Assembly: GCA_010909165.1 (NCBI GenBank)
Contig: MU008161.1
Span: 1,736,001 to 1,800,000 of the forward strand
DNA: 64,000 bases
Direction: 5' to 3'
Source: Anthoceros angustus
Lineage: Eukaryota; Plantae; Anthocerotophyta
Under the pieces are notes generated by a model. It made no database searches. It was not told the DNA's origin and was given only the letters and a program-made list of their open reading frames with translations. How positions within the stretch are numbered: position 1 is the stretch's first letter; each line of letters starts with the position of its first letter. This document shows, piece after piece, positions 11,626 to 24,500 of this stretch. A program made the position numbers and the translations under genes.

Positions 11626-14600
11626 TGTGGAATGGGTTTTTGCATCCGAAGACGCAAAGAGGCCACATTTACCCTCTATGTCGTTATAGTCCTAGGATTC
11701 GATCCCAAGGGAATGGTTTTGTGTCAAGATGTTCTAAACTATGGGTTCTAGTCCTCCTACAATCAGTTCCTACCTAGCCATAATCAACTACCGTGTCCGA
11801 ACCCACGACCGTGGTAAGTTCGACCCCACGTGTGGCCACCGCCGTGGATTCGCCACCGCCGTGGTGGATTCCGCCGTGGTGGATTCCGCCGTGGTGGATT
11901 CGCCACCGTGGTGGATTCCGCCACCGTGGTGGATTCCGCCACCGTGGTGGATTCGCCACCGCGGTGGATTCGCCACCGCCGTGGTGGGACCCACCGCCGC
12001 GTCGCGATCGACTATTTGGCGCCGGTTCCCTCGCTCGTTAAGGGCTATGGTCCTATGCACACAGTTCACATGTACACCAAGTCACACTCATGTGGATTCA
12101 CACCGAGCTCACGGTGGATGTACACCATGGCCCGCGTCGCGGCACCTCACTCCGTCGCTGATTTCCTCTGACCCCACAATTTATTCCCAACCTTCCTCAG
12201 CGTTCCGCGTTTTTCCCAGACTCTTGCGCTCAGCACTTCCTAGACTCTCCTTCAGACAACGACTCACTCACCCCCTTTCTTCTAGGACCTCATACACCAC
12301 CGCGCACAAGATGCTCCCACAGATCCCCCTCTCTTAGGCCACACAGACCTCTCTTGGGCCACACAGACCCCTCCTTGGGCCACACAGACCCCTCCTTGGG
12401 CCACACAGACCCCTCCTTGGGCCACACAGACCCCTCCTTGGGCCACACAGACCCCTCCTTAGAATTAGACACAATCTGGTAAGACAGCGGGTTGGGAAAG
12501 GAAAAAAACAGCTGGTCGGCTCCACAGGCGATTCGCACACCCGCGATCTCACCCGGTCCCCTGAATTTCCCTCTCGGCATGCATTGAGCACCCTTCACCA
12601 CTAGTCACCCCAGACGGAGCTTGGTCACTCGGCTCTCGACCATCCAGGATCTCCCGGCCCTCTTGTGACGAGGACAAGACACCGAATCAGCCCATCATCG
12701 ATTGGATGTCTCCAACCAACCACGCGCACAAATTCGACACACGGAGCTCACACAGAAATTGTCTAAGAGAGACACTCAAGGGTCTCTTATACATCCGTCA
12801 GCGCCATAGCTCACTTTCCGGTGTCTAAAGATGGCTAACCTACCTCCGGTGTTTAAAGATGGCTAACTTACCACAAGCGCCTACCAATTCGGTATCTACA
12901 AATTCACAAGCTTCCTAGCACCTTATCCTCTAATCCAAGTGAAAGCCTCGACCTATGATGCCGCTCCCTCTAAAATCAGCGCTTGCCTCATGTGGCCGCC
13001 TAGCCTGCGGCCCATGGGTGTTCCCCGCTCTCCTACCACGCCCGATCCAAAGATCCTCCCTTAATATCTCCACCTCACTCCCGCTATCCGAGGTCCCTTC
13101 ACTCCTCCTAGGAGGCGCCGTCTCGCCCCTGCGCGTTCCTCGCTCCTCATCGCTGGGCCACCACTTCCTAGACTCCTTCACACAACGACTCACTCACCCC
13201 TTTCTTCTAGGACCTCATACACCACCGCACAAGATGTTCCCAGATCCCCTCTCTGGGCCACAGACCTCTCCTTGGGCCACAGACCTCCTTGGGCCACAGA
13301 CCCCTCCTTGGGCCACACAGACCCCTCCTTGGGCCACACGGACCCCTCCTTGGGCCACAGACCCCTCCTTGGGATTAGACACAACTGTTGGGATAAATGG
13401 GTTGGGAAAGGAAAAAAAGGTCGGCTCCAGGCGATTCGCACACCCGCGATCTCACCCGGTCCCTGGAATTTCCCTCTCTGGCATGCATTGAGCACCCTTC
13501 ACCACTAGTCACCCAGACGGAGCTTGGTCACTCAGCTCTCGACCATCCAGGGATCTCCCCGGCCCTCTTGTGACGAGAGGACAACACACCGAATCAGCCC
13601 ATCATCGATCGGATGTCTCCAACCAACCACGCGCACAAATTCGACACACGGGAGCTCACACCGAAATTGTCTAAGAGAGACACTCAAGGGTCTCTTATAC
13701 ATCATCAGCCGCCATAGCTCACTTTCCGGTGTCTAAAGATGGCTAACCTACCTCCGGTGTTTAAAGATGGCTAACTTACCACAAGCGCCTACCAATTCGG
13801 TATCTACAAATTCACAAGCTTCCTAGCACCTTATCCTCTAATCCAAGTGAAAGCCTCGACCTATGATGCCGCTCCCTCTAAAATCAGCGCTTGCCTCATG
13901 TGGCCGCCTAGCCTGCGGCCCATGGGTGTTCCCCGCTCTCCTACCACGCCCGATCCAAAGATCCTCCCTTAATATCTCCACCTCACTCCCGCTATCCGAG
14001 GTCCCTTCACTCCTCCTAGGAGGCGCCGTCTCTCGCCCCTGCGCGTTCCTCGCTGCTTTTTCCAGACTCGCGCTCACCACTTCCTAGACTCCTTCACACA
14101 ACGACTCACTCACCCCTTTCTTCTAGGACCTCATACACCACCGCGCACAAGATGTTCCCAGATCCTCCCTTAATATCTCCACCTCACTCCTCCTTGGGCC
14201 ACACAGACCCCTCCTTGGGCCACAGACCCCTCCTTGGGCCACACAGACCCCTCCTTGGGCCACAGACCCCTCCTTGGGCCACAGACCCCTCCTTGGGATT
14301 AGACACAACTGGTTAGGCAGTGGGTTGGGAAAGGAAAAAAAATTGGTCGGCTCCAGGCGATTCGCACACCCGCGATCTCACCCGGTCCCTGGAATTTCCC
14401 TCTCGGCATGCATTGAGCACCCTTCACCACTAGTCACCCAGACGGAGCTTGGTCACTCGGCTCGACCATCCAGGATCTCCCGGCCCTCTTGTGACGAGAG
14501 GGCACACCGCCCATCATCGATCGGATGTCTCCAACCAACCACGCGCACAAATTCGACACACGGAGCTCACACGAAATTGTCTAAGAGAGACACTCAAGGG

Positions 14601-15638
14601 TCTCTTATACATCCGGGCCACAGCTCACTTTCCGGTGTCTAAAGATGGCTAACCTACCTCCAGTGTTTAAAGATGGCTAACTTACCACAAGCGCGCCTAC
14701 CAATTCGGGTATCTACAAATTCACAAGCTTCCTAGCACCTTATCCTCTAATCCAAGTGAAAGCCTCTGACCTATGATGCCGCTCCCCTCTAAAATCAGCG
14801 CGCTTGCCTCCGCTGTGGCCGCCTAGCCCTGCGGCCCATGGGTGTTCCCCTCGCTCTCCTACCACGCCTCTGATCCGAAAGATCCTCCCTTAATATCTCC
14901 ACCTCACTCCCGCTATCCGAGGTCCCTTCACTCCTCCTAGGAGGCGCCGTCCGTCTACTGCCCCTGCGCACGTTTCCTCGCTCCTCATCGCTGGACAGCC
15001 AAACCGTGCATTCCTTCATCCATGCTCTAGCCTCCGCCTTGCTCATTTCCTCGAGCACAACCTGTGAAGGGTATGCCCGGCCCTGGACAATCCCCGGGTT
15101 GCTCGAACTGAGGGAGTTGCATCCTCCTCCGCTCCCGACGGTGGCTTCCCCACCTTGGGTCCTTCTTCCGCGACGATGGCGGCTCCACCACCGTGGTGGC
15201 TCCACCACCGTGGTGGTCGCTTTCACCGCGGTGGTCGTTGCTCTACCCTTCTTGATTTGCCTCGCCTCTCTTGACCGGCCCTAGCCTCACCTCTCTCCGC
15301 TTATACCTCTCCGCTAGCTTCCGAACTTCTCCGGAGGTGCAGCGCCTCCACTTGTTCACAGGCCCCTGTTCTTTGAATGAAGGATCCCCACCTTATATAG
15401 ACAATTTTATTCCTAAAATCCCAAGGTCCAAGGACCTTCTAGCGGCGATATTCAGTTCGAGGCCCAAGGACTAATTATTTGTAAAAGTAATATTGTCATG
15501 GGCCAAGGACCATTTTAGTATAAAAGGCCTTGCCTCGGACATTTCCTAAGCACTCCATCACACAAAACATAAGAAAAGCAAAAAAAACATTCAAACCAAC
15601 AATCCAGGGGAGGGTTAGTGTACATGTGGTCTTCCACA
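11626..15638 (-). repeat. LTR copy 3 (5' LTR, about 4.0 kb)
   Basis: Same termini; followed directly by the TSD GTGTG. Confidence 0.9.
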
Positions 15639-15643
15639 GTGTG
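15639..15643. other. Target-site duplication GTGTG (partner at 60-64)
   Basis: ggcgGTGTG|tgtggaa on the left and ttccaca|GTGTGctagg on the right. Confidence 0.85.
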
Positions 15644-16270
15644 CTAGGGGAGGGGGCCGGCCGGCCGGCGCCCACGAGCGCCAAAAAACATTTGTGCCAG
15701 CCTCCTCACCTCCGCCCGAAAGCAAGTATCTATTGGCTTGAATGCAAAGACAATTTGCTCCTGTGTCGTGGTCAGATGCATAACAACCCCCCTCTTCTCA
15801 CGATTCTCGCTTTCCTGGGCATGGCTCACTTGGACTCCTCGATGCACCGCCACAATAAGTTCTTGTGCACATAGTCGATAGCCCTCTCTATCCTCTCTCA
15901 TGCCATCCTCTTCTTGTGCACATAGTCGATAGCCCTCTGGATCAGGAGGCCCCACAACTCCAGCAGACACAGTACGCGAGCCATAGTTGTGGAATTCCAC
16001 CTCCGATATCAACATGTTGCTCGCAAAATCAGCCAACGCCAACTGCTCAGCCATCTCCAAGCACCACGACATCGGGGTATTGAACGCAATTGGCCTCCAC
16101 ATTGGAGGCACCACAGCCATCACCAACTCGTGAACTCTATCCCCGCGCACAAGTGGCTCCAGTTCTCCCTCATGCACTTCGCTATCGAATGGCGCATGTG
16201 TGACCGCATAGAGGATCCGCTTAGCCATCGCAGGCAAAGAGAAACACCCACACTTGAAACCGAGTAGCAA
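15644..16270 (-). CDS. Unidentified ORF (208 aa) with an internal EGYRLCAQE duplication
   Basis: Open frame in non-repetitive sequence within the putative host element; no family recognised. Confidence 0.25.
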   Translation of the reverse strand: MLLGFKCGCFSLPAMAKRILYAVTHAPFDSEVHEGELEPLVRGDRVHELVMAVVPPMWRPIAFNTPMSWCLEMAEQLALADFASNMLISEVEFHNYGSRTVSAGVVGPPDPEGYRLCAQEEDGMREDREGYRLCAQELIVAVHRGVQVSHAQESENREKRGVVMHLTTTQEQIVFAFKPIDTCFRAEVRRLAQMFFGARGRRPAGPLP

Positions 16271-16989
16271 TCTACGGCAAAGAAAAACATATGGAAGCGG
16301 AAGCTAAAACAAGAATAAACAAGACTGAACAAATTTTACTATAAAATGGAAGACGGATCCTCATTCCCACCCAGCTGAGAGAGGGAGGCAAGAGGAGAAC
16401 GCTCCAGGGAGAACATGATAATTTTTGAAGGGGGTGAATAATCTCGAAGGGGGTTTTCCGCAAATAATCTCTGAAGGGGGTTTTTGATGGGCCCTAAAAC
16501 AGCATTTTGAAGGCATTAAAAACAGCTCGAAAAAAGGTGTCACCAAGAAAGTTACTACTTTCCATCCAAAGAATGTTTGTGTCAAATGGTGGTCACAAAC
16601 TCGAACCTACGGGAATAATGCAAAGTAGGAACGGTGAGGAAGGCCGTTCCTGCCGGGAAGGGACGGCTGTAAACTCAGTTTTGGGAGGAAAATGTGGTTT
16701 TGTTATGACACCACAAAAGCCATGGACAGGCTATTTCCCTAACACAGTAACATCAGCAACCAGACTTACAACATTAACTCTGGGACCCCGGGAAAAAACG
16801 AGATTTCAGTTTCACTCATCCCCAGAGTTCAATCCTTCGTCATCACTTGGTCCGACTTCTCCTCCATTGTCATCATTATCTTGCGCACTTTGACTCGCAG
16901 TTGTATTAAGCCACGCAACTCGCAGAGCTTATCCCTTATCGCTTTTTGTCCACCGCATACAGATGTTTCCGGGAGGAGTACCCTCTACA

Positions 16990-17830
16990 CTCGACCGACC
17001 AAATGCTGGCTCGATTTCAGACGGCATTTGCTTCTAAGGTTAGCCTTCATTCCAAGGTTGCTTCTAAGGTTAGCCTCGAATTTCGATGGAAGTGCCACGT
17101 CGAAGTGCGTGGAAGGAGGCCACAATGGCACGCGGAGGGAGGCGGCGGCGGCACCTCCGTCGCGCTCCACCCGTCGGGCATAAAGTGGTGGTGCGGGGAG
17201 GAGGGTGCCGGCCGGCGCCTCCCCACGCGCACCACCAGCCGTATGCCCCACGGATGGCGCGTGGAGGGGCGCCGGCCGCCTCTATCCGCGCACCACCCGT
17301 CGGGGTTTCTGGTGTCGCAGCGGAGGGATGGCGCCGGCCGGCCGGCGCCCGCCCTCCTGCACCACCACCGTATACCCGGCGGGTGGGAACAGGCGCCCGG
17401 CGGCCTCCCTCACGCACCACCCATCGTAGACCCACCGACGGGTGGCGCGTGGAGAGTCGCCGGCCGGCGCCCTCGCTAGCGCGCACCACCCGTTGCCCAC
17501 CCTACGGGTGGTTGGCGTAGGGAGGCGGCCGGCCGGCCGCCCACCCATCGGTGGGCCTACAGGCGATCTTGAGGCGGCGGCCGGCCGGCGGCGCCCTCCC
17601 TAGCACACCGCCCATGGGCGCCGGCCGCCTCCCTAGCACACCACCCATGGGCGGGACCGCGCCCCAACACGCCCGGCCGGCCGCCGGCCGGCCGCCGGCC
17701 TCCCCTAACACCACCCATGGGCGCCGGCCGGCCGCCTCCCTAGCACACCGCCCATGTGCCAGACGGCCGGCGCCCCTAGCACACCGCCCATGGGCGCCGG
17801 CCGGCGCCTCCCTAGCACACCTCGCCCTAA
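16990..17830. repeat. GC-rich degenerate repeat field (CCCTAGCACACCGCCCATGGGCGCCGG and GCACCACCCGTCGGG units), subterminal-repeat-like
   Basis: At least five CCCTAGCACACC units at 17595-17820; their reverse complement matches the reconstructed LTR insertion site GGCGGTGTGCTAGGG. Confidence 0.7.
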
Positions 17831-20800
17831 GCGTGTTATCCCATTGAGTGCACAAGTAGGAACAGTGATGAGGTGCTTGAGGAGCACATCGTGGGGGAAT
17901 GATTTAAAAGGGCAATTAGTTGGAGATTGCACTCTTGTATCTCGAGTATACATTGGTGCATTGCTTGAGGCATATGAAGGAAGAGTTCGATTCATGGCCA
18001 CTGAGAATAAAGGCTTCTAAGTGTATACGTTGTTTATGGTAGAAGGATGTATTGAATGAGATTTTTTAGAAGCTTTCCACCATGTAGTCACGGCCCGTAG
18101 TGATTTTTCGGGTCCTCTGGGTAGAAGCTTTAGGTTATTAGTCATAGCATCCTGGCTTTAACCTTTCGCATTACAACTTTGGTTGCACCTATATTGGTCG
18201 AGGTGGCATGCGCAATCCCAATGTGAGAATTGGCGCAAGCAGGCGGCGGCAGCCTGGATTCGGCGAGCGAGGAATGACTGGCGCAAATCCATGGAGAGCT
18301 GGCAGTGGACTGGTGAGAAGTTGACCACACACATCAGTGGGTAGTTTCGAAATGCTGTGGCCTTATGTGGCCAGGTAGGACGCAGTGACGAGTCACACGT
18401 GTGGACAAGGCGAATGTCCACTTTTTGGTGTCGCAGTTTTTTGTGGCGTTGAGACTAGCTTGCAGTTTTGCTTCCGCTATGTGAGGACAACTATAAAAGT
18501 GATTTTGTTTTGAAATTCAATGGCTATGGACTTTGCTTGTAAGTGTGCACATTTTTTTTGTGGACGGTAGTGCTGTGTAACGGCTTCCAAATGATGGGTC
18601 GGGGCTCTGATTTGAAGCATTGATGCGTAATAACTAAGAGGAACTATGAGTCTGTCATAAAATTATGGCATTGCATTTGGAGGACTTGTCGAAGGCGTCG
18701 ATGGTCCATTTTGGAAGGTGAATAGCTCATTATGTAGCCCTCAAGTAGGTTATTGTATACTAAAAATATGAAGATTTACCATGAAGAATCCAAAATGCAA
18801 TAATTAATCTTGAATTTGCGTAACTATTGGTTCACTTAATACCCACCAAGGCCTGGACGATCTGGGTTAACAACAAGGGCTGGGTAACACCCTATCCATA
18901 TTTAGAGTATTATATAAGTTATGTGAGTGTATATTTTTATATGCATCAATAATATTGTGAAAATAAATAAAACTGTGTACAAGGAAGTATGGTATACCCA
19001 CTCGATCCGGAAGGCCCTCGCATATTTTTTAACGATTACGGAAGGAGGGGAGTATTGTCGCTTAAGTGACAAGTGGATATCGCCAAGTTGCAATGCTTGC
19101 CTAATAAAAGCCAAGTCTTCCAATGGATTATAAGTACATTAATGTTTGTCCACAATAGTAGGTTGAAATTAGTTAGGCCTAGTGGTGACAATCTGATCTG
19201 CTTGATCGTGGCTATCCGTCCTGCTACGTGGCTATTTGTCTTGCTTAGTCGTAGCTAACAATCCTACCTAATGGGTAATCAGACTAGCCTAATTGTCACT
19301 TATCTAAGTTGATTGAAAATAAGTGGTCTCCCACTATACAACCTCGCCTACCAAAAGTCGGATATTGGTGAGTATTTCTAAGTATAACAAATATTGATGA
19401 TACTTAGAGACTTTAACCTTTGAAATCCATATCATCATGTTCAAGTGAAGCACAAGTGAAATGTGGAATAATCCGATGTCTAAATCTTGAACAAGATACA
19501 ATAAACTGAAAAAGATGTTGGTCATTTTAACAATATTCCTATCACTTTTGTGGGGCTTGTATGTGAATGCAAGCTAGGAGTAGGCTCATGGGGTAGCCCT
19601 GCCTTACTCCATGAAGTGTGGTTCACAAAGCTGTGTTGTAGAGGACTTTTGACCGCTATCCAGTAAGAAATGGAGAGTGATGGAAGAAACAAGTTTTTTT
19701 TTTCGTGCAAAAACGTGCTGATTATGGTGTGGAATTTTGGAAATTCCACAATATATAAAGCTGATAAAGTCTCTATCCAATCCGGAGACGGGAGAATGGC
19801 CAGGAAGCCATCTTCCCGTCCCTTCTCCATAAGTTCTTGGGCACGTCCTACCAGTTCTAGTTCTAGTGTAAAAAGCATTTAAATAAAGAAATCTTTCTAG
19901 ACAATCTCGACAAGATGTTGCCAAGAGGACGCACATGTGAGACCTTCCACATCTCTCAGAATCTTATTAGAGTCAAGCTCGCAGCATTAGAGAGGTGATG
20001 GAGAAGAGGATAGCTTGCGAACAATTTAAGAATATCGTACATTGTGCGCCCTTGAGTAGACCTCATGAGTGCATCTACAACTGTCGAAATACCATTTGCA
20101 GGCATATAATTAACAAGTTGATGCAGCAAACAGGTGAGACAAGGCATCCTCTACATAGAATTCATCAAATCAATTTCTTCCCACAACAAGGTAGAGATTT
20201 TCTGGGTGGCAATGTGAACCAGGCACTGAATTTGGTGCAAATCTAGAGCTCCAAAGTGCAAGATCCACTGATGTTGTTGTGACTTGGGACAGGGCCAGTG
20301 CCCAAAACGGCGAGGCCAACGGGGGCCAGCCAGGTTTCTCTAGCAATCTTATTCACTTTACTCCCACCGTGGGCATCAAGATGGAGGCCATTCGCTTTCT
20401 GCTGGGTATGGCTAAGCGCATGGCCAAGTTATCCAGAAATCACTGCCGTCACACCCTCCCGGTTCTTCTGTTCCAAACAGACACACAAGGGGCACTTAGG
20501 AACGTGAGTGGGTTGCTAACCCCCACTACCAAGAGACAAGTTCAACGCTTGGTTGCGGAAGATTTAATCCATGAGCCTCTTTGTCGTCTAACATCTCAAC
20601 TTGAGCATAGGATTCGTGTCATGAGCTTCTTCAATGACGACTTTCAAGTCCTCACTAAGGATACCACCTTAGAATAGGTTTTTAGGTACAGTTTTGATCT
20701 AGCCCTTAGGGCACTCTCGGCTTCATAACCTACAATTTGGTTGGGGTAGGTTACTCGTCCGTTGCAACCCATAAGCTACTTGACTTTGCTCTTAACCCCC

Positions 20801-22416
20801 TTTATTTTATTTGGAAGCTTTTGGCACGAAAAAAAACTGATGGTGTAGACCCAAACTTCCAATGAGCATATCCGCCAGCTCCATCACTAGGGAATTCAGC
20901 TGATCCAGGCACTCGCAACCTTCAATGAAGATATCTCTAGGGAAGAAAGGCTTCTCACAAAACGATTCTTTGTTGCAAAGGAAGGTTATGTGCTACAAGA
21001 AGGACATCAAAGGCCAGCGACGAGGATAACGATGCATTGCAATCTTTTTTCGACACTCATGAAGGGACAAGCCATTAAAAATGAACTTTGAGAATTTTTA
21101 ACAAGGGAATTTGGATCACAGTGATCATTGTGAGGTTAATTTGTGTTGGCCATTAGTACCTAATGTCAAATTTTTATTTTAGATAAGAATTGATCAACTT
21201 CAATATTAGGATACGAAATGTAAAATAGGCTTGTGAAGCAAATAGAAATATGTATAAGGAGTCTCTGAAAGTTTTTATAGGTATATTAATGTGAGAGAAA
21301 TTTCATAGCTTTTTCACAGGACAAAGCTCGAACCAAGGGTAGGTATTATAAGGGCGTAAAAGGGTACCTATTATAAGCACCTATGTAGTAGGTACCGGGA
21401 TCGGGGGAACGTCACCGACCGCCAGTCCCGAACTTCATTTTACACAGTCGGGGACCGGGACCACCGGGAGCGAGGCCGGGATGCCGTTAGACCTGAAACC
21501 CTGTCCGGTGGAAAAAGCGAGAGTGGGTGGAAATTGGCGGTCCCCGGGACCGACAGAGTAGCCGGTCAAAATGAAGCCCTGGTGTGTACCCGTCCGAGGT
21601 CCCAGGAGGTGGGCCAACCCCCTGGATGTAGAAAAAAAGAGTTCGTTATGCTGGATAACACCTGCCTGGTGTGGCAAAGCGGAAGGCCCAAAAATGGAAC
21701 ACAAGTTAAGAGTTAGTGACGTTGTGACGGGAAACATCCACGGTCATGGATGCGGTAACTGGTAGTGGGGATTTTGGTAGCGTTTTGAGGTTGGAAGTTT
21801 GCAGAAGTTGGAGGAGCGGGTGTGTCCTGACGGCATGCACCAGATCCGGCTACAAAAAAACGGCATTGCCGCTCTTGTTGCTGGTCTGTCCTTGTGATAA
21901 AAAGGCAGTGTTCCGTGGGAACAGGGAGGCGGGGGTGAGGTTACCAACCGCGCCGCGACAAGCGCTGCTTGTCGACAACGGGTAGCTCGCGCCTGTGCCC
22001 TGTGCCCTGTGGGTGTCGCCCCCCGCGCCCCTTCAGCTACTTTGTCCCGTTCCACGCACGAAACTCCAACCGTTGCCACCATCTCTGCTCCTGCTCCCAC
22101 TGTCGTTTCCACGCTTCCAAGCCTGGACCGTTGCCCCGCCGCCCTCCTTTTGGTCCTGTACGCCCCCCTCCGGCGTCCCGCACACCCTTCCCTTCCCTTC
22201 CCTTCCCCTCCCTTCCTCTCCTTCCTTCATCACTCCGCCTCCATCCCGAGTCCCCTTCTCGTCCTCATTGCAGCCTCTATCCCGAGTCCTCTTCTCGTCC
22301 TCGTCGCAGCAGCTGGCAATCATCCTCCCCGCCCCGAGCCTCCTGCTCGCGCGCATTTTAGCATTTAGGAGTCCAGTCGTGGAGCTGAATTGCGCGGCTG
22401 GGATGCAGCTGCTCCC

Positions 22417-23835
22417 ATGGACCACCCGGCGCATAGGCATGTGCAACAGGCAGACGGGAAGCCGGCTTCCACACCCGTTGCAGACGCGGAGCAGGACAAC
22501 CAGCAGCAGCAGCAGCAGCAGCAGAGGGGAGTGAAGAGAGGCCTTCCCGTTTCCGCACCAGCACCAGCACCAGCTGCCGTTGTTCCCACGGACGAACAGA
22601 GAGCCGCGAAGCGGGTGAGGCGGGACCGGGGCTCCACTGCCAAGGACCGCATTAGCAAAATCCCGCCCTGCGTGGTCGGGAAGCGGAGCTCCATCTACCG
22701 CGGGGTGACTCGACATCGGTGGACCGGGCGCTACGAGGCGCATCTGTGGGATAAGAGCACCTGGAACCAGAGCCAGAACAAGAAGGGGAAGCAAGTGTAC
22801 CTGGGAGCCTACGACGAGGAGGAGGCGGCAGCCCGCGCCTATGACCTCGCGGCGCTCAAGTACTGGGGGCCGGGCACCATCATCAATTTCCCCGTGACGG
22901 ATTACGCGCGGGACGTCGAGGAGATGCAGAGCGTGTCCCGGGAGGAGTACCTGGCGTCGCTGCGGCGGAAGAGCAGCGGCTTCTCCCGCGGCGTCTCCAA
23001 GTACCGGGGCGTGGCCAGGCACCACCACAACGGCCGCTGGGAGGCCAGAATCGGCCGCGTCTTCGGCAACAAGTACCTGTACCTCGGCACCTACAGCACG
23101 CAGGAGGAGGCCGCCGCGGCCTACGACATGGCCGCCATTCAGCACCGGGGGCTCAACGCCGTCACCAATTTCGACCTCAGCCACTACATCAAGTGGCTCC
23201 GGCCAAGGCAGCCTGGATCCTCCGGGGCCGGGGCCGGGGCCGGCTGTGAAGAGGGAGAGGAGCCGGCTCAGAAACAAAGCACTGTTGCTGCTGCTTCTGC
23301 CGCATCTGCTGTTTCTGCTGCTTCCGTTGAGCAGCAAGAGTCCCAGTCCCAGAGCGGGCCGGAGGAGGAGCAGCCGTCAAGGATGTGGCCGGGGCAGGCC
23401 AGCGAGCCCTACCAGTTCCCGAGTCTAGGGATGAGCAATGTTGGCGCGCGGGCGGGAGCGGGGCTGCAGAGGGCCGCGGCAGCGCAGGCTCCCACGGCGC
23501 TAGGTTTGCTCTGGCAGTCCAATATGTTCAAGCAGATGCTGCAGAAGGCGGCTGTGCATGCGCACTCCCCGGCCGACGGGCAGCCGGAGGCCGAGCAGGA
23601 GCAGGAGCAGGAAGAGCTGGAGGTTGAGGGCGAGGCGGACGGGCTGCCTATTCCCATGCTTCCTGGGCTGGAAGAGGAGCCTCCTCCTGGCCTGGGCTAC
23701 GAGGAGGGGCAGGGCGAGGTGGCCTACCAGGATCTCTCATTCTTCCCCGACGGCCACGACTTGGAGCCCGGCCTGCCCGGCTCGTTCTGGAATTCATTGC
23801 CTTTACACCATCCCCGAAGTCCCATTACGGTGTGA
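22417..23835 (+). CDS. Double-AP2 transcription factor, basal ANT/WRI group, most like the SMOS1/At2g41710 (WRI2) clade; intronless
   Basis: [58 protein letters not shown] (AP2-1), linker [18 protein letters not shown], and [40 protein letters not shown] (AP2-2). First in-frame ATG is 22417. Confidence 0.92.
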   Translation: MDHPAHRHVQQADGKPASTPVADAEQDNQQQQQQQQRGVKRGLPVSAPAPAPAAVVPTDEQRAAKRVRRDRGSTAKDRISKIPPCVVGKRSSIYRGVTRHRWTGRYEAHLWDKSTWNQSQNKKGKQVYLGAYDEEEAAARAYDLAALKYWGPGTIINFPVTDYARDVEEMQSVSREEYLASLRRKSSGFSRGVSKYRGVARHHHNGRWEARIGRVFGNKYLYLGTYSTQEEAAAAYDMAAIQHRGLNAVTNFDLSHYIKWLRPRQPGSSGAGAGAGCEEGEEPAQKQSTVAAASAASAVSAASVEQQESQSQSGPEEEQPSRMWPGQASEPYQFPSLGMSNVGARAGAGLQRAAAAQAPTALGLLWQSNMFKQMLQKAAVHAHSPADGQPEAEQEQEQEELEVEGEADGLPIPMLPGLEEEPPPGLGYEEGQGEVAYQDLSFFPDGHDLEPGLPGSFWNSLPLHHPRSPITV

Positions 23836-24500
23836 TTCGTTATAGCTCTAGAGCTCTTAACACTTTGTTACGAGGAGTAGCGAATTTAGATAGCTGCAGA
23901 CCATAGGTGATGCTGGGAATTAGGGATCAGCAGGGCTGCCTCCTCCATCAAGGAGCACTTTCCATCACCCACGCCACGCTCACATCTGAGAGAGACGCGG
24001 ACCCCCGTCCGAAATAACTAAGGGCCGCCAAGGCTCCATGAGTCCATGTCTATTGTGGACAAAATACATAAACGGCATGAGTCCATGTCTATTGTGGACA
24101 ACACACAAACGGCATTTTCTCGGGCCCTTCAGTTAACTCACAAGCTAAGAAGCTAAGCTCGAGCAAGCAAGCAAACGGGCATGGTTTGACATGTTCTGGA
24201 GTGAAGTTCTTGCCCTTGGTTAGGGTTGGCGCCGTGTTGCGGGGGCAGAACAGAGGAAATGCTTTGAAATGCACGTCAAAGCATTTCATTTGGCGCTTTG
24301 AAATGCCTCGGTTCATGCTGCCTTGGGGCAGCAGCAGGTGTGAGTGAGTCGTGAGCTCTGGAGGTGGTGCTGGTGGCGTGAGCCCGCTGCTGGTACTCCT
24401 GGGCTTGGCGGGCTGGTGGCGGGAGCTGGGGATTCTGTGCCGTTGGGGTACTGTTCCGTTGCTGGTGGAATCTAGCTCTGCTGAGTGTGGGAGCCGGACA

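Larger units (their letters stand above)
65..15638 (-). mobile_element. Compound non-autonomous LTR retrotransposon (LTR-gag-gag-LTR-gag-LTR), gag only, no pol (TR-GAG/LARD-like)
   Basis: Three long direct repeats each begin TGTGGAA (65, 6708, 11626) and end TTCCACA (3514, 9955, 15638). GTGTG lies at both 60-64 and 15639-15643 (5-bp TSD). PBS-like and PPT motifs abut the inner LTR edges in minus orientation. The internal regions translate to Gag-like protein only. Confidence 0.9.

Noticed and set aside
176-15474. Numerous 60-240 aa ORFs (WWIPPP, PWAT repeats) as genes
   Set aside because: They are by-products of stop-poor GC-rich tandem repeats within the LTRs.
19522-20700. Cys/His-rich minus-strand fragments as a zinc-finger gene
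   Set aside because: Multiple stops and no coherent motif spacing that I can assign.
21385-21750. GC-rich island as a MITE or hAT end
   Set aside because: No convincing terminal inverted repeats or TSD.
22033-23337. Long antisense ORFs over the AP2 gene (also 31596-32539, 35908-37302, 63243-63914)
   Set aside because: They are shadows of GC-rich coding sequence on the opposite strand.
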